Below, piece by piece: positions 18,554-27,968 of a stretch of 64,000 nucleotides of DNA. Position numbers and translations under genes: made by a program. The stretch is from a bacterium (GTDB taxonomy: Bacteria; Patescibacteriota; Patescibacteriia; UBA9934), in contig JAQCKO010000001.1 in assembly GCA_027592325.1 (NCBI GenBank), forward strand, positions 20,247 to 84,246. The letters run 5' to 3'. Positions within the stretch are counted from its first letter, which is position 1. Every line of letters starts with the position of its first letter. The notes beneath the pieces are model-generated. The model did not search any database, was not told where the DNA came from, and saw only the letters and a list, made by a program, of their open reading frames with translations.

Positions 18554-19927
18554 TTCACCAAGTTTAGGAATCGCGATATTGGCATGGCTGGTCTGGGACA
18601 GAAAATCTTTGAACACTTTTTTTACCGACTGCTCCCCGTGTACCAAAAAGATCGTTTCCACCTCACCTATATCTGGCTTAAGCCATCGGCGTAATTTTGC
18701 TCGATCCCCATGTGCTGAAAAGGCATCGATTTTTCTCACCTCGGCATGAACTTCAATACTCTCTCCGTGTATAGTGACCGCTTTTGCTCCTTCTTGTAGT
18801 TGTCGCCCGATAGTTCCTTCCGCTTGGTACCCAATAAGCAACACCCCTGATTTCTCGTCAGGTAAATATCGCTTCGCATGATGCATTATCCTACCACCTG
18901 ACATCATGCCACTCCCAGCAATGATGATCTTTGGACGTGTGTCGTTATTGATTGCCATCGAGCTATCTTTTGGAAGTGTTTCTTTTAATCCTGGAAAAGA
19001 AAAGAAATCTTGATCAGGACTTGAAAGAATAGCCCTATCGAACTGGAGGTACTGCTTAAAGTGCCGGTATCGTTCATTTGCGCGTATCGCTAGCGGGCTA
19101 TCGAGATATATTGGTACTTGAGGGACAAGCTGCTTATCGAATAATTCATCTATTTCGTATAGAAGCTCCTGCGTGCGTTCGATAGAAAATGCTGGTATAA
19201 GCAATGTACCTTTACGGCCCAAAATTTTTACTATCATCGAAACAAGTTCCTTACCGCGCTCCATCGTAGGTACATGATCGCGATCACCGTAAGTTGATTC
19301 ACAAACAACAATATTTGCTGAAATGATTGGATCGGTATCGGGAAGAATTGGAATGTCATCATTCCCAATATCTCCACTAAATACAATGCGAAAATCATCT
19401 TCTCTTTCTAGGAGATGTTTGTCGACTTCAACAGCTACAAAGCTTGAACCTAAAATGTGTCCAGCATTTGAAAATCGTATGCGTACACCCTGAATTGGTT
19501 CAAATTGCGTATGATACCCAACACCTTTCATCTGTGATTTCGTCTGCTCGAGGTCTGCGACTTCATACAAATGAGCTTGCTGACACCGTTGGCTTTCTTC
19601 ATGCATCACTCGCATCCCATCCTCCATCACTAAATTCGCGAGAGATTTTGTTGGATTTGTTGAATAAATTGGACCACTGAATCCCTTTTTTACGAGTAGA
19701 GGAAGCCTTCCACAATGATCTAAATGCGCATGCGTGAGTAAAACCAGATCGATCGATGATGGCGCGAAATCAAACTCTTGATAATTATCTGTTGAACAGA
19801 ATTGTTTTCCTTGATAGAGACCGCAGTCAATCAAAATATTCCCGGAAGGGGTATGCAAAAGATAGCATGAACCTGTCACTCCCTTTACTCCTCCATAAAA
19901 TGATAACTGAACACCTCCTTTATTCAT
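18536..19927 (-). CDS. MBL-fold metallo-hydrolase of the beta-CASP ribonuclease family (RNase J/CPSF-like)
   Basis: 463 aa. HAHLDHCG metallo-beta-lactamase motif. beta-CASP length and architecture. Confidence 0.75.
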   Translation of the reverse strand: MNKGGVQLSFYGGVKGVTGSCYLLHTPSGNILIDCGLYQGKQFCSTDNYQEFDFAPSSIDLVLLTHAHLDHCGRLPLLVKKGFSGPIYSTNPTKSLANLVMEDGMRVMHEESQRCQQAHLYEVADLEQTKSQMKGVGYHTQFEPIQGVRIRFSNAGHILGSSFVAVEVDKHLLEREDDFRIVFSGDIGNDDIPILPDTDPIISANIVVCESTYGDRDHVPTMERGKELVSMIVKILGRKGTLLIPAFSIERTQELLYEIDELFDKQLVPQVPIYLDSPLAIRANERYRHFKQYLQFDRAILSSPDQDFFSFPGLKETLPKDSSMAINNDTRPKIIIAGSGMMSGGRIMHHAKRYLPDEKSGVLLIGYQAEGTIGRQLQEGAKAVTIHGESIEVHAEVRKIDAFSAHGDRAKLRRWLKPDIGEVETIFLVHGEQSVKKVFKDFLSQTSHANIAIPKLGESVQLI

Positions 19928-19929
19928 GT

Positions 19930-20373
19930 TTATTGACCGTCAATCGTCACTTGAAATTCACGGTTTGCTGAGAATAAACCAACTGCTGCGAGGATTGAGC
20001 CACACAGTGACATAACACAAAATATGCACCAAGCGTAAAGAACAAACGCCTCAATATACGTAAGGTACAAACCAAACAATAGCATGATGACAACCCCAAA
20101 AATGCTCAAATTCATCAGCCATATTCGTACATTTTTATGATTAATAAGCGCCGAAATCAATAGAAACGTGTACGCAAGGATACCCAACCAACTGTTCGGG
20201 AATCCGAATAAGCGTGCATATTTACTTGAATTTACTGCTCCACAATCGAATGTTTCTCCAATCGAACAAAATGCTGTATCAACCGTTCCTGCTGCGATAA
20301 AACTGAGATAAATCGAGGCTATGAGTCCAAGAAGAGATCCGAGTATGATGAGTGTGAGATGCGAGTATTTCAT
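19930..20373 (-). CDS. Vitamin K epoxide reductase (VKOR)-like membrane protein
   Basis: 147 aa, 4 TM. Loop cysteines (CSIGETFDC) plus a membrane CxxC (AWCIFCV), the VKOR arrangement. Confidence 0.6.
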   Translation of the reverse strand: MKYSHLTLIILGSLLGLIASIYLSFIAAGTVDTAFCSIGETFDCGAVNSSKYARLFGFPNSWLGILAYTFLLISALINHKNVRIWLMNLSIFGVVIMLLFGLYLTYIEAFVLYAWCIFCVMSLCGSILAAVGLFSANREFQVTIDGQ

Positions 20374-20376
20374 GGA

Positions 20377-20745
20377 CTATAGTTCACAGTCATAAAATTC
20401 TGCGAGCTCACGTGCTTCACGTGCTCCCAGTAGTCGTTCTCCATCTGCACGCTCCCATGTTGGCGTGTTCGTGATATCTGGACACAAATCAAATGTTTGC
20501 GATCCTGGAGAGGAACATTCAACAACTTCTAGCTTCCGCACAGAAGAGCCAAGCGCGTCTTTTTGAGCCGCACAAGCGGGACACCAATACGCTTCGTACA
20601 TAACTCCACCCTTTTCTGCAATGCAAGCGGTTAAACTGTCGTATTTTGAAGGAAGATGATTTTTTAGCACAGCGGCAATAATAAGCGCACCGAATACCGC
20701 CGTAGCAGCGATAATAATTGTGAGTGTTGATCGTCGTTTTGGCAT
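20377..20745 (-). CDS. Membrane-anchored thioredoxin-like protein (WCPAC), probable VKOR redox partner
   Basis: 122 aa. N-terminal TM, then a WCPAC active site. 4 nt downstream-adjacent to VKOR. Confidence 0.6.
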   Translation of the reverse strand: MPKRRSTLTIIIAATAVFGALIIAAVLKNHLPSKYDSLTACIAEKGGVMYEAYWCPACAAQKDALGSSVRKLEVVECSSPGSQTFDLCPDITNTPTWERADGERLLGAREARELAEFYDCEL

Positions 20746-20776
20746 AATATGTTCATTATACTGTTAGACCATCGCA

Positions 20777-20805
20777 TTGACAAGTAGCAAACTACACCTT
20801 ATAAT
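20777..20805 (+). promoter_or_regulatory. Perfect consensus promoter TTGACA-17-TATAAT ending 9 nt before the dus ATG (leaderless transcript predicted)
   Basis: TTGACA at 20777-20782, TATAAT at 20800-20805, ATG at 20815. Confidence 0.6.
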
Positions 20806-20814
20806 ACCTCCCTT

Positions 20815-21780
20815 ATGGAACTAAACTGGAAACAGCAAGTACGCCCCATTATCGCCCTCTCCCCCATGGCCGACATGACCGATTCAGCTTATTGTCGCAT
20901 TGTGAAATCGATAGCGTCACCAATTGTATTCCGAGAAATGGTCTCTGCCGAAGCCGTTATTCGTGGGAATGATAAAACCCTCGATATGTCCGCCATTCAT
21001 GAAGATGAACGGCCTCTTGTGCAGCAAATCTTTGGCGCCCACCCTGATTCCATGCGTGAAGCCGCACGCGTCATAGAGGAAGAACATCATCCTGAGGGAA
21101 TTGATATCAATATGGGCTGCCCTGTGTATAAAATTACGTCAAACTTCAATGGAGCTGCGCTTATGAAAGAGCCTGAGCTTGCGGCAACGATTGTAAAAGA
21201 AATGAAGTCTGTCATCTCTGTTCCACTTTCAACAAAAATGCGAGCCGGCTGGTCTGTGCATACAGAATGCATTGATTTCGCAAAACGTATGGAACAAGCT
21301 GGCTCTGATCTTATTACGGTTCATGGCCGTACAAAAGAACAGGCTTACCGAGGGTTATCGAATCGAAATGTGGTACGTGAAGTCAAGAAGGGTGTCCAGG
21401 TTCCCGTACTCTACAACGGCGATGTGTTCACACATGAGGACTACTTTCAGGCTCTTGAAGAGACAGAATGCGATGGTGTGCTCATTGCCCGTGGTGCGCT
21501 TGGAAATCCATGGATTTTTCGCGACATTGAAGCAAGACTCCGTGGTGAACAACCCACACCCGTAACTATACGCGAACGCATTGACGTTATTTGCCAGCAC
21601 CTTGACCTGCACCTTCTTCAATACGGAGAACAATCAATTACAACCTTCCGCAAACACCTGTCGTGGTATTTCAAAGGCATTTCAAATATGAAGCCGTATA
21701 AACAAGAATTAATGACGACGAAAAATCGTAATGAACTCATTGATATTCTTGAAAAGATTGCTTTACATCTTGACGAATAA
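20815..21780 (+). CDS. tRNA-dihydrouridine synthase
   Basis: 321 aa. ...IALSPMADMTDSAYCRIV... is the Dus TIM-barrel with a C-terminal helical domain. Confidence 0.85.
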   Translation: MELNWKQQVRPIIALSPMADMTDSAYCRIVKSIASPIVFREMVSAEAVIRGNDKTLDMSAIHEDERPLVQQIFGAHPDSMREAARVIEEEHHPEGIDINMGCPVYKITSNFNGAALMKEPELAATIVKEMKSVISVPLSTKMRAGWSVHTECIDFAKRMEQAGSDLITVHGRTKEQAYRGLSNRNVVREVKKGVQVPVLYNGDVFTHEDYFQALEETECDGVLIARGALGNPWIFRDIEARLRGEQPTPVTIRERIDVICQHLDLHLLQYGEQSITTFRKHLSWYFKGISNMKPYKQELMTTKNRNELIDILEKIALHLDE

Positions 21781-21814
21781 CACTAAAGCAGGCAAACTTG
21801 CGGCAATCAAGCCT

Positions 21815-22738
21815 ATGAATATTGGCATCCTTACATTCGTTTCAGACAAGAAAAAAATTGCAAAAGGGACAAAATCTCTTATAAAAGAGCTAAAGCAGCG
21901 TGGTCATAAAGTCACCGTACTTTACACGCCGCTTGTTGGCCTTGTGTTCGGGAATGGAAAAAAACTCGTCTATGACGGTAAAGTTTTAAAAAAGGACAGA
22001 TTTGACACAATCCTCGTGCGTCCTGGATTTACAAGCGACCCAAGTGTGCAATCATCCTTTATCAAACAATTTCAGCTGGCCGGTTTTGATATTATCAATT
22101 CGTACATTGGTGTGTTCCGTGCAAAGAACAAAATTCGCTCTTTGCAGCTACTTGATCATTATGATGTTGCCGTTCCAAAAACCGTTGTCACAAAAGATGC
22201 AACAACGATTACCGAAGCCGCAGAAGCATTCCGATTCCCAGTAATCGTTAAAGCGATTTACGGTACCCATGGCCGTGGGGTCTTTTTGGCAGAATCAAAA
22301 CGCTCTCTTGGGCCCATCATTGAGTATTTAACTGCAAAAGAAAAAGGACCCGTATCTCTGCAGGAATATATTCGCGAAGCAAAAGGGAAAGATTTGCGTA
22401 TATTTGTTTGCGGGAAGAAGATCATTGCTGCCATGGAACGTGTAGCAAAAAGTGGTGAATTTCGTGCAAATTTTCATAAGGGAGGAACAGTCACCGTTGC
22501 AGACCTTTCTAAGGAAGAAAAGAAAATGGCTTTACGGGCAGCAAATATCCTTGGGCTCGACATTGCTGGAGTCGATATTCTGCGAACAAAGAGTGGTCCA
22601 AAGATTATTGAAGTCAATTCAAATCCAGGTCTTGAAGGGATAACAAAGGCAAGCGGGGTCAATGTGGCTTCAAAGCTCGCCGACTACATTGAAAAACGTG
22701 CAACAAGAGTCATTAACGCGCGGCAAACCATTGCTTAG
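21815..22738 (+). CDS. RimK-type ATP-grasp ligase (alpha-L-glutamate ligase family); start set at Met29 of the track ORF
   Basis: ATP-grasp fold with a C-terminal DIAGVDIL...IIEVNSNPGLEGI. The upstream 28 codons overlap the end of dus. Confidence 0.7.
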   Translation: MNIGILTFVSDKKKIAKGTKSLIKELKQRGHKVTVLYTPLVGLVFGNGKKLVYDGKVLKKDRFDTILVRPGFTSDPSVQSSFIKQFQLAGFDIINSYIGVFRAKNKIRSLQLLDHYDVAVPKTVVTKDATTITEAAEAFRFPVIVKAIYGTHGRGVFLAESKRSLGPIIEYLTAKEKGPVSLQEYIREAKGKDLRIFVCGKKIIAAMERVAKSGEFRANFHKGGTVTVADLSKEEKKMALRAANILGLDIAGVDILRTKSGPKIIEVNSNPGLEGITKASGVNVASKLADYIEKRATRVINARQTIA

Positions 22739-23066
22739 CAAGACGCACATCATTTTTCATTTTTTTCGTCATCTGTTCAATGGACTCAAATGGAACAAGT
22801 TCAGATAGTTTTGCAAATAGTATGATGTGCAACTCTTCGTCATACAGGTCACCCTCGAAGTCAAAAAGATGAGACTCTAATACGAGCTCGTTTTTTTGAT
22901 TACGGCGAAGGCAGGAAATTGCCTCACGTCGGCGTCCGTCAAACAGAACAATCGATGCATATACACCGACATCATGCTCGATCTTTTCGAGAATGATATT
23001 GGCCGTCGGCATGTGATAAACAGAAGTTGCCTCTTTGATGCCCGTTTGAACGATTCCTGAATACAT
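22713..23066 (-). CDS. Monofunctional riboflavin kinase (start at Met28 of the track ORF)
   Basis: GIVQTGIKEATSVYHMPTANI...E.HLFDFEGDLYDEEL matches the riboflavin kinase PTAN and E-x-H-L-x-DF-x-GDLYG motifs. No FAD-synthetase domain. Confidence 0.65.
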   Translation of the reverse strand: MYSGIVQTGIKEATSVYHMPTANIILEKIEHDVGVYASIVLFDGRRREAISCLRRNQKNELVLESHLFDFEGDLYDEELHIILFAKLSELVPFESIEQMTKKMKNDVRLAKQWFAAR

Positions 23067-23086
23067 AGAAGGACAATATCGAAATT

Positions 23087-23971
23087 TTGTCAGATAAACA
23101 AGATGCGTTTGAATATGCTGCTTTTTCATGCTATGAACATTATGCACATTTAACCACGGAGGCTGAAATGGCCCAGGAACGGCTTTTTACGCGTGATCCT
23201 GGTCAAATTCGGCTACTCGTGGTCGATCTGATGTTCACGCTCCTTCTCGCGAAAGCACATGAACGAAGGTCCATGGTCTGCGATGTATACCGTCAGATTG
23301 GTAAGCTGAGCGACACAGTTCAGGATCAAGATATTTGGTTAGCGATTCAACGTAGGCGGAACGCTCTCGAGCCGCTCAAGGATGATGACAACTACTGGCG
23401 TCTCGTTAACCAGCAGGTACTCGAGGAATTGCTTGTGGGCAGAGCGCTTCAGTACGCAAATACTCGTGGACGAGACATTCACGATTGCATCCTGACGGAC
23501 CCAAGCCACTATACCGTTTGCCACTGGCTTATGCAGGTATTAGCTCAGGCATCAAAAAACGGCATGCGTGTTGTCATCGGATCAAATCAAAGGGTGGCAT
23601 CTGCAAATCATTTGCTGAACCATTTTTTTACAGACAGCCACTTTTCTGCTGTGTACACCTCTGAGATGCTCGGTGTTCGCAAGCCTCATGCAATGTTTTG
23701 GGAGAACATCCTTCAGCGCGAAGGAATCCCTGCACATGAGGCCCGTCACATCGGCAATTCGGTGCGCTCGGACATGGGATCAGTGAACGCAGGAGTTCGT
23801 GCGATACTCCTCGATCCAACACACGAGCACAGATATCACAGTACGGATCCGAAAAACAGCGATAGCCCCGCTGACTACAGAAGACTTGCACAGCTACTGA
23901 AGGCTGGCAGCGTACGGGCAGCAACCAATGCAACTGAGCTCAGGCAACTGCTAGGGCTCAACTCACACTAA
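23087..23971 (+). CDS. HAD-superfamily hydrolase-like protein (possible alternative start at 23168)
   Basis: Motif I-like LLVVDLMFTLL (nucleophile Asp present, Asp+2 replaced by Met). Motif IV-like IGNSVRSD (Asn instead of Asp). Confidence 0.5.
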   Translation: MSDKQDAFEYAAFSCYEHYAHLTTEAEMAQERLFTRDPGQIRLLVVDLMFTLLLAKAHERRSMVCDVYRQIGKLSDTVQDQDIWLAIQRRRNALEPLKDDDNYWRLVNQQVLEELLVGRALQYANTRGRDIHDCILTDPSHYTVCHWLMQVLAQASKNGMRVVIGSNQRVASANHLLNHFFTDSHFSAVYTSEMLGVRKPHAMFWENILQREGIPAHEARHIGNSVRSDMGSVNAGVRAILLDPTHEHRYHSTDPKNSDSPADYRRLAQLLKAGSVRAATNATELRQLLGLNSH

Positions 23972-23998
23972 GAGCGACTGATGATGGTCACTCTTTTC

Positions 23999-25291
23999 TT
24001 ATTGCCAATAAGTTTCCTGCCTGACAAGCAATGCACTTGCGCGCTGCGGCTCGGCCATTATTTCGAAAACAAGCTGTTCCATTCTGCTTGACTGCGATCC
24101 TTTTACATAAATAATATCGCCTCCTTGAATTTCACGATCCAAAAATCTTCCTGCTTCCTGCGATGTTTCAAAATAGTGGATCTGTGATTTTGACATCCCC
24201 GCTTCTTCAGCTGCAATCATTGCCGTTTTCATCCGAGGACCAACTGCAATAAACAATTGTGCATTTTCAGCAACGCTCTTTCCAATGGATGTATGTTCTG
24301 CTTCATCGTACTGCCCCAGCTCTGCCATTTGTCCGAGCGCAGCGATGCGCCTATCACCTTTTTCTTTTGGATCAAATTGTGCAAGAACATCGAGTCCATG
24401 TCGCATCGCTGCCGGAGCGGCATTGTAGCTGTCATCAATAATTAATGAGCCTTTAATCCCGGCAATCGGATACATACGACCAGGGGTTGGCGTAAAGTGG
24501 ACATTCATCCGACTGATAGCTTCTATTGGTTCAATATCAAATTGAATTCCCACCGCGATTGCCGCTAGTGCTGACATGATCGATCCATAACCGAGCATAT
24601 TCGGTAGGCGTAATTGACCAATATGCTGCCCACCAACGACAACATCTGCTTCCGTAAGCGCAAATACTTCATCTGCATCAAAATGATCGTCTATGCGTGT
24701 ACGCATGGTCACATTCTTGGCAGATACATACCCTTGACGTCCATACGTGATGACCGTTTGATCTGTCATCGCTTTCATGCGCATGACGTGTTCGTCATCC
24801 GCGTTTAATATGGCTATACCGTGTGGATTTAGCATCTTTACAAGCGTACTTTTTTCTTCCACAATCTTGTCTACCGATGCATAATATTCTGCATGTACAG
24901 GTGAAATACCCGTAACAACAGCAATATCTGGAGGTGCAATGTCACATAGTAATGCAATGTCTCCAGGATGGTCGGCGCCATACTCGAGTACCATTGTTTT
25001 TGGAATGTCTTCGGTATTATCATGTTTAAAGAGGGCTTTAAACCAAGCAATTGGCGATGATCCTGGCGCATGTGGAATACCCAGGATAGAAAGCGGGACA
25101 CCCAATTCATTGTTATAATTCTTCTTTGCCGAACGCACCAGACCTCCATATGCGAGCACCAGTCGAATTGCTCTTCGTGAGGATGTTTTACCCATTGAAC
25201 CGGTGATCGCGACAATACGCGGGCGATGCCGAGATACGTATGTACGCGCCTTGTGTTGCAGAGCTGTGATGAGCCATTTTTTCATATTCAT
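23999..25291 (-). CDS. murF: UDP-N-acetylmuramoyl-tripeptide--D-alanyl-D-alanine ligase
   Basis: 430 aa. Mur ligase P-loop ITGSMGKTS and a C-terminal domain. Confidence 0.85.
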   Translation of the reverse strand: MNMKKWLITALQHKARTYVSRHRPRIVAITGSMGKTSSRRAIRLVLAYGGLVRSAKKNYNNELGVPLSILGIPHAPGSSPIAWFKALFKHDNTEDIPKTMVLEYGADHPGDIALLCDIAPPDIAVVTGISPVHAEYYASVDKIVEEKSTLVKMLNPHGIAILNADDEHVMRMKAMTDQTVITYGRQGYVSAKNVTMRTRIDDHFDADEVFALTEADVVVGGQHIGQLRLPNMLGYGSIMSALAAIAVGIQFDIEPIEAISRMNVHFTPTPGRMYPIAGIKGSLIIDDSYNAAPAAMRHGLDVLAQFDPKEKGDRRIAALGQMAELGQYDEAEHTSIGKSVAENAQLFIAVGPRMKTAMIAAEEAGMSKSQIHYFETSQEAGRFLDREIQGGDIIYVKGSQSSRMEQLVFEIMAEPQRASALLVRQETYWQ

Positions 25292-27168
25292 CTTGTTGGT
25301 GGAATCTCTAATATGCGCAAAATGTCTTTTGCGACTGTCCCAAAAATTGGTGCTGCAGTATCAGCTGCCCAAGGGGATGTTTTTGGATAATCAAGCATTA
25401 TTACCATGACAAATTTGGGGTCTTCAATCGGTCCATACCCGGCAAAACTGGCATGTGTTACCCCATCTTGGTATCGGCCATCACTACCCGCCACCTGTGC
25501 TGTCCCTGTCTTTCCGGCAATGTAATACCCATCAACTCCTGCTGCTCCCGCATGCCCATGTTCAACAACCGAAACCATCATCGCACCAACAGTTGTTGCA
25601 GCTGAGGATGACAATACACGCCCCATCTGCTCTGGGATCGTTTCCATGACACCTCCTGAACTATCTATTCTCGATTCCACAATATACGGTTTCATACGTA
25701 TACCATCATTTGCGATCGTAGCATACGCATTCGCCAACTGTAAGACAGTAGAGGTAATCCCTTGACCATAACTGGCAGTTGCATAGTAAATTTCTCCACC
25801 TGATTCAAGCGAGGAAATTGTTCCGGCAGCTTCTACATCAAGTTCAACGCCCGTAAGCTCACCAAAACCGAATCGACGAATATAATCCGACATAACCTCG
25901 CCTCCGAGTCGTCTCATTACATCGATCATTCCTGTATTTAGCGACTTTTCAAGTATTTCGACCATAGTGACAATCCCGTTTGCCTTTAAATCGGAATTAC
26001 GGATTGGTTTTGGATGCCCTGCAACCCATTCCTCCCCCATATCGTTGTAGAGTGAATCTTTGTGTACAATCCCACGATCAAGCGCTGCAGCCATTACAAT
26101 CGGCTTAAACACCGATCCGGGTTCATAGGGAGAAAAAATTGATGTATTATTGTACGCCGAAACGGTTTCTGCACTCGCAAAGTCGGAAGGAGAAAAATCT
26201 GGCCCATTACACATGGCAAGAACACGACCTGTTTCGGGTTCGAGGACCACAAGACTCCCACCATCTGCTTGATATCGATCAATACCATTTTTTAGTGCAG
26301 AGCAAGCCGTATATTGTATACTTCTATCTATCGTGAGTACCAAATCGCCGCCATCAATCGCGGCTCCAAAATCGCGTGTACCTGGTTGCGTCCATGTTCC
26401 GCCTGCGCCAACGGGCATATTTAAAAACCCATCTTCACCAGATAAAAATTCATCAAAGTAGCCTTCTATTCCATACTGACCAACCTCACCTGCATCGGTT
26501 TCGCGAACAAATCCGAATACATGTCCTCCAAGTTGTTCTTCTGGATATCCGCGACCTTCTTCGTGGAGAACATAGATACCCGGAATTTGAAGCGCAAGTA
26601 TGGCTTCAATTTGCTTCCCACTTAAATGCCGTTTTATCGGTTCATAAGGATCGTCGTTTTTTTGTAACCGTTCAAAAAGCGAATCAAAAAAAACATAATC
26701 AACGGTTTCTTCAGATTCTGTTGAGGTTTCATGAAGCTGCGGTTCAAGAGGTGCAGCATCATCTTCTTGTACCTCGCTTTCTCGTACGCCTTCAAATAAC
26801 GATGCGGGAACTTCTTCCACTTCAGGCTTCTCAGTGTTGGACCTGACATCGTATCCAAGAAGTTCTGAAATGCGTGCAGCCGCATAATGAGGATCTATCA
26901 CCTCACGCGGATCTGCATACAAGAATCCCGTTTCTTCCGAGGTTACTGCCGGATATATTCTGCCAGTTTTATGATCACGTACAAAAATGGTCCCACGTGT
27001 TGCGTGTAATTCTTCGTATAGTTGATGCTGATTTTGCGAGAGCGTATCGTAAAACGCTGCGTTGACAATTTGGACATGAAATAATCGAGCGCCAAGGAGA
27101 ACTCCCGACAGCAGGAGACCAATTTTAACGGTCAACAACCGTGTTCGATGCACAGAAGATTTCCTCAT
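25288..27168 (-). CDS. ftsI: Class B penicillin-binding protein (FtsI/PBP2-type D,D-transpeptidase)
   Basis: 626 aa. N-terminal TM. SVFKP (SxxK), SLN (SxN) and KTGT motifs. 4-nt overlap with murF. Confidence 0.85.
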   Translation of the reverse strand: MRKSSVHRTRLLTVKIGLLLSGVLLGARLFHVQIVNAAFYDTLSQNQHQLYEELHATRGTIFVRDHKTGRIYPAVTSEETGFLYADPREVIDPHYAAARISELLGYDVRSNTEKPEVEEVPASLFEGVRESEVQEDDAAPLEPQLHETSTESEETVDYVFFDSLFERLQKNDDPYEPIKRHLSGKQIEAILALQIPGIYVLHEEGRGYPEEQLGGHVFGFVRETDAGEVGQYGIEGYFDEFLSGEDGFLNMPVGAGGTWTQPGTRDFGAAIDGGDLVLTIDRSIQYTACSALKNGIDRYQADGGSLVVLEPETGRVLAMCNGPDFSPSDFASAETVSAYNNTSIFSPYEPGSVFKPIVMAAALDRGIVHKDSLYNDMGEEWVAGHPKPIRNSDLKANGIVTMVEILEKSLNTGMIDVMRRLGGEVMSDYIRRFGFGELTGVELDVEAAGTISSLESGGEIYYATASYGQGITSTVLQLANAYATIANDGIRMKPYIVESRIDSSGGVMETIPEQMGRVLSSSAATTVGAMMVSVVEHGHAGAAGVDGYYIAGKTGTAQVAGSDGRYQDGVTHASFAGYGPIEDPKFVMVIMLDYPKTSPWAADTAAPIFGTVAKDILRILEIPPTR

Positions 27169-27185
27169 GCGGGTAGTATACCGCT

Positions 27186-27614
27186 CTAATCTGAGAATTG
27201 CACTTCTTCTTCAGGAACAGACTTTCCTACCCCCATTATTACCTCTCCACTCACAGAAAATTCTGCAATGCGCATGATTTCCCCATCTTCCGAGGCATAA
27301 TCGCGAAACAGCATAGAATCCTGAACCTCTCCATCTTCATCAACCACATTCCCTTTTGTCTCAAAGGTGAGCTCAAATTCTACTCCTTGATGAACCTGCA
27401 TATCTTCAGAAGCATCGATCTCTGTTTCAAATTCAGTCATAAAGAGCACTTCATCTGACGCAACGTCAATAGAAATCCAAATATCTTCATCGTGAATCCA
27501 AATCATTTCCTCACCACTTTCAAGTTCTATAAGATCAACGTGGCGAGGCGCAACTGTACGCCCTGAAATAACGAGCTCACCACCTTCAAGTAATGCTGTT
27601 TTCAGATCTGGCAT
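27186..27614 (-). CDS. Hypothetical highly acidic protein immediately upstream of ftsI
   Basis: 142 aa, ~30% Asp+Glu, no TM. Confidence 0.45.
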   Translation of the reverse strand: MPDLKTALLEGGELVISGRTVAPRHVDLIELESGEEMIWIHDEDIWISIDVASDEVLFMTEFETEIDASEDMQVHQGVEFELTFETKGNVVDEDGEVQDSMLFRDYASEDGEIMRIAEFSVSGEVIMGVGKSVPEEEVQFSD

Positions 27615-27617
27615 AAT

Positions 27618-27968
27618 CTATTTCTTCAAATGCATAAAATGTAGAAATGGGATAGCAAATACATTGAAAATAAGGATGACTATAAGCCAAGATTTTTTAT
27701 GCTCATTGTCTAGGGTTGTTGCGGTGTACAGTCGATGAATGGCATAAACGAAGGTAACAAAGAAAAGGATAGCTGTCACAAAATAACTGAGTAACATAAG
27801 ACTCGCTGCAATACCAGTAAATAGCGTAATGACATCTGCCTCAGAACTATTCACTGCGATGAGAATAGCCATAATCGTTACGAGTGCACCGTAAATAAAG
27901 GGCCAAAGTACCAGTATATCCCACCAACGATTTGTTTTGGTCATATCTTTGTTCATATTAAAGGCCAA
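27618..27968 (-). CDS. Hypothetical 3-4 TM membrane protein upstream of ftsI
   Basis: 116 aa. Confidence 0.45.
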   Translation of the reverse strand: MAFNMNKDMTKTNRWWDILVLWPFIYGALVTIMAILIAVNSSEADVITLFTGIAASLMLLSYFVTAILFFVTFVYAIHRLYTATTLDNEHKKSWLIVILIFNVFAIPFLHFMHLKK

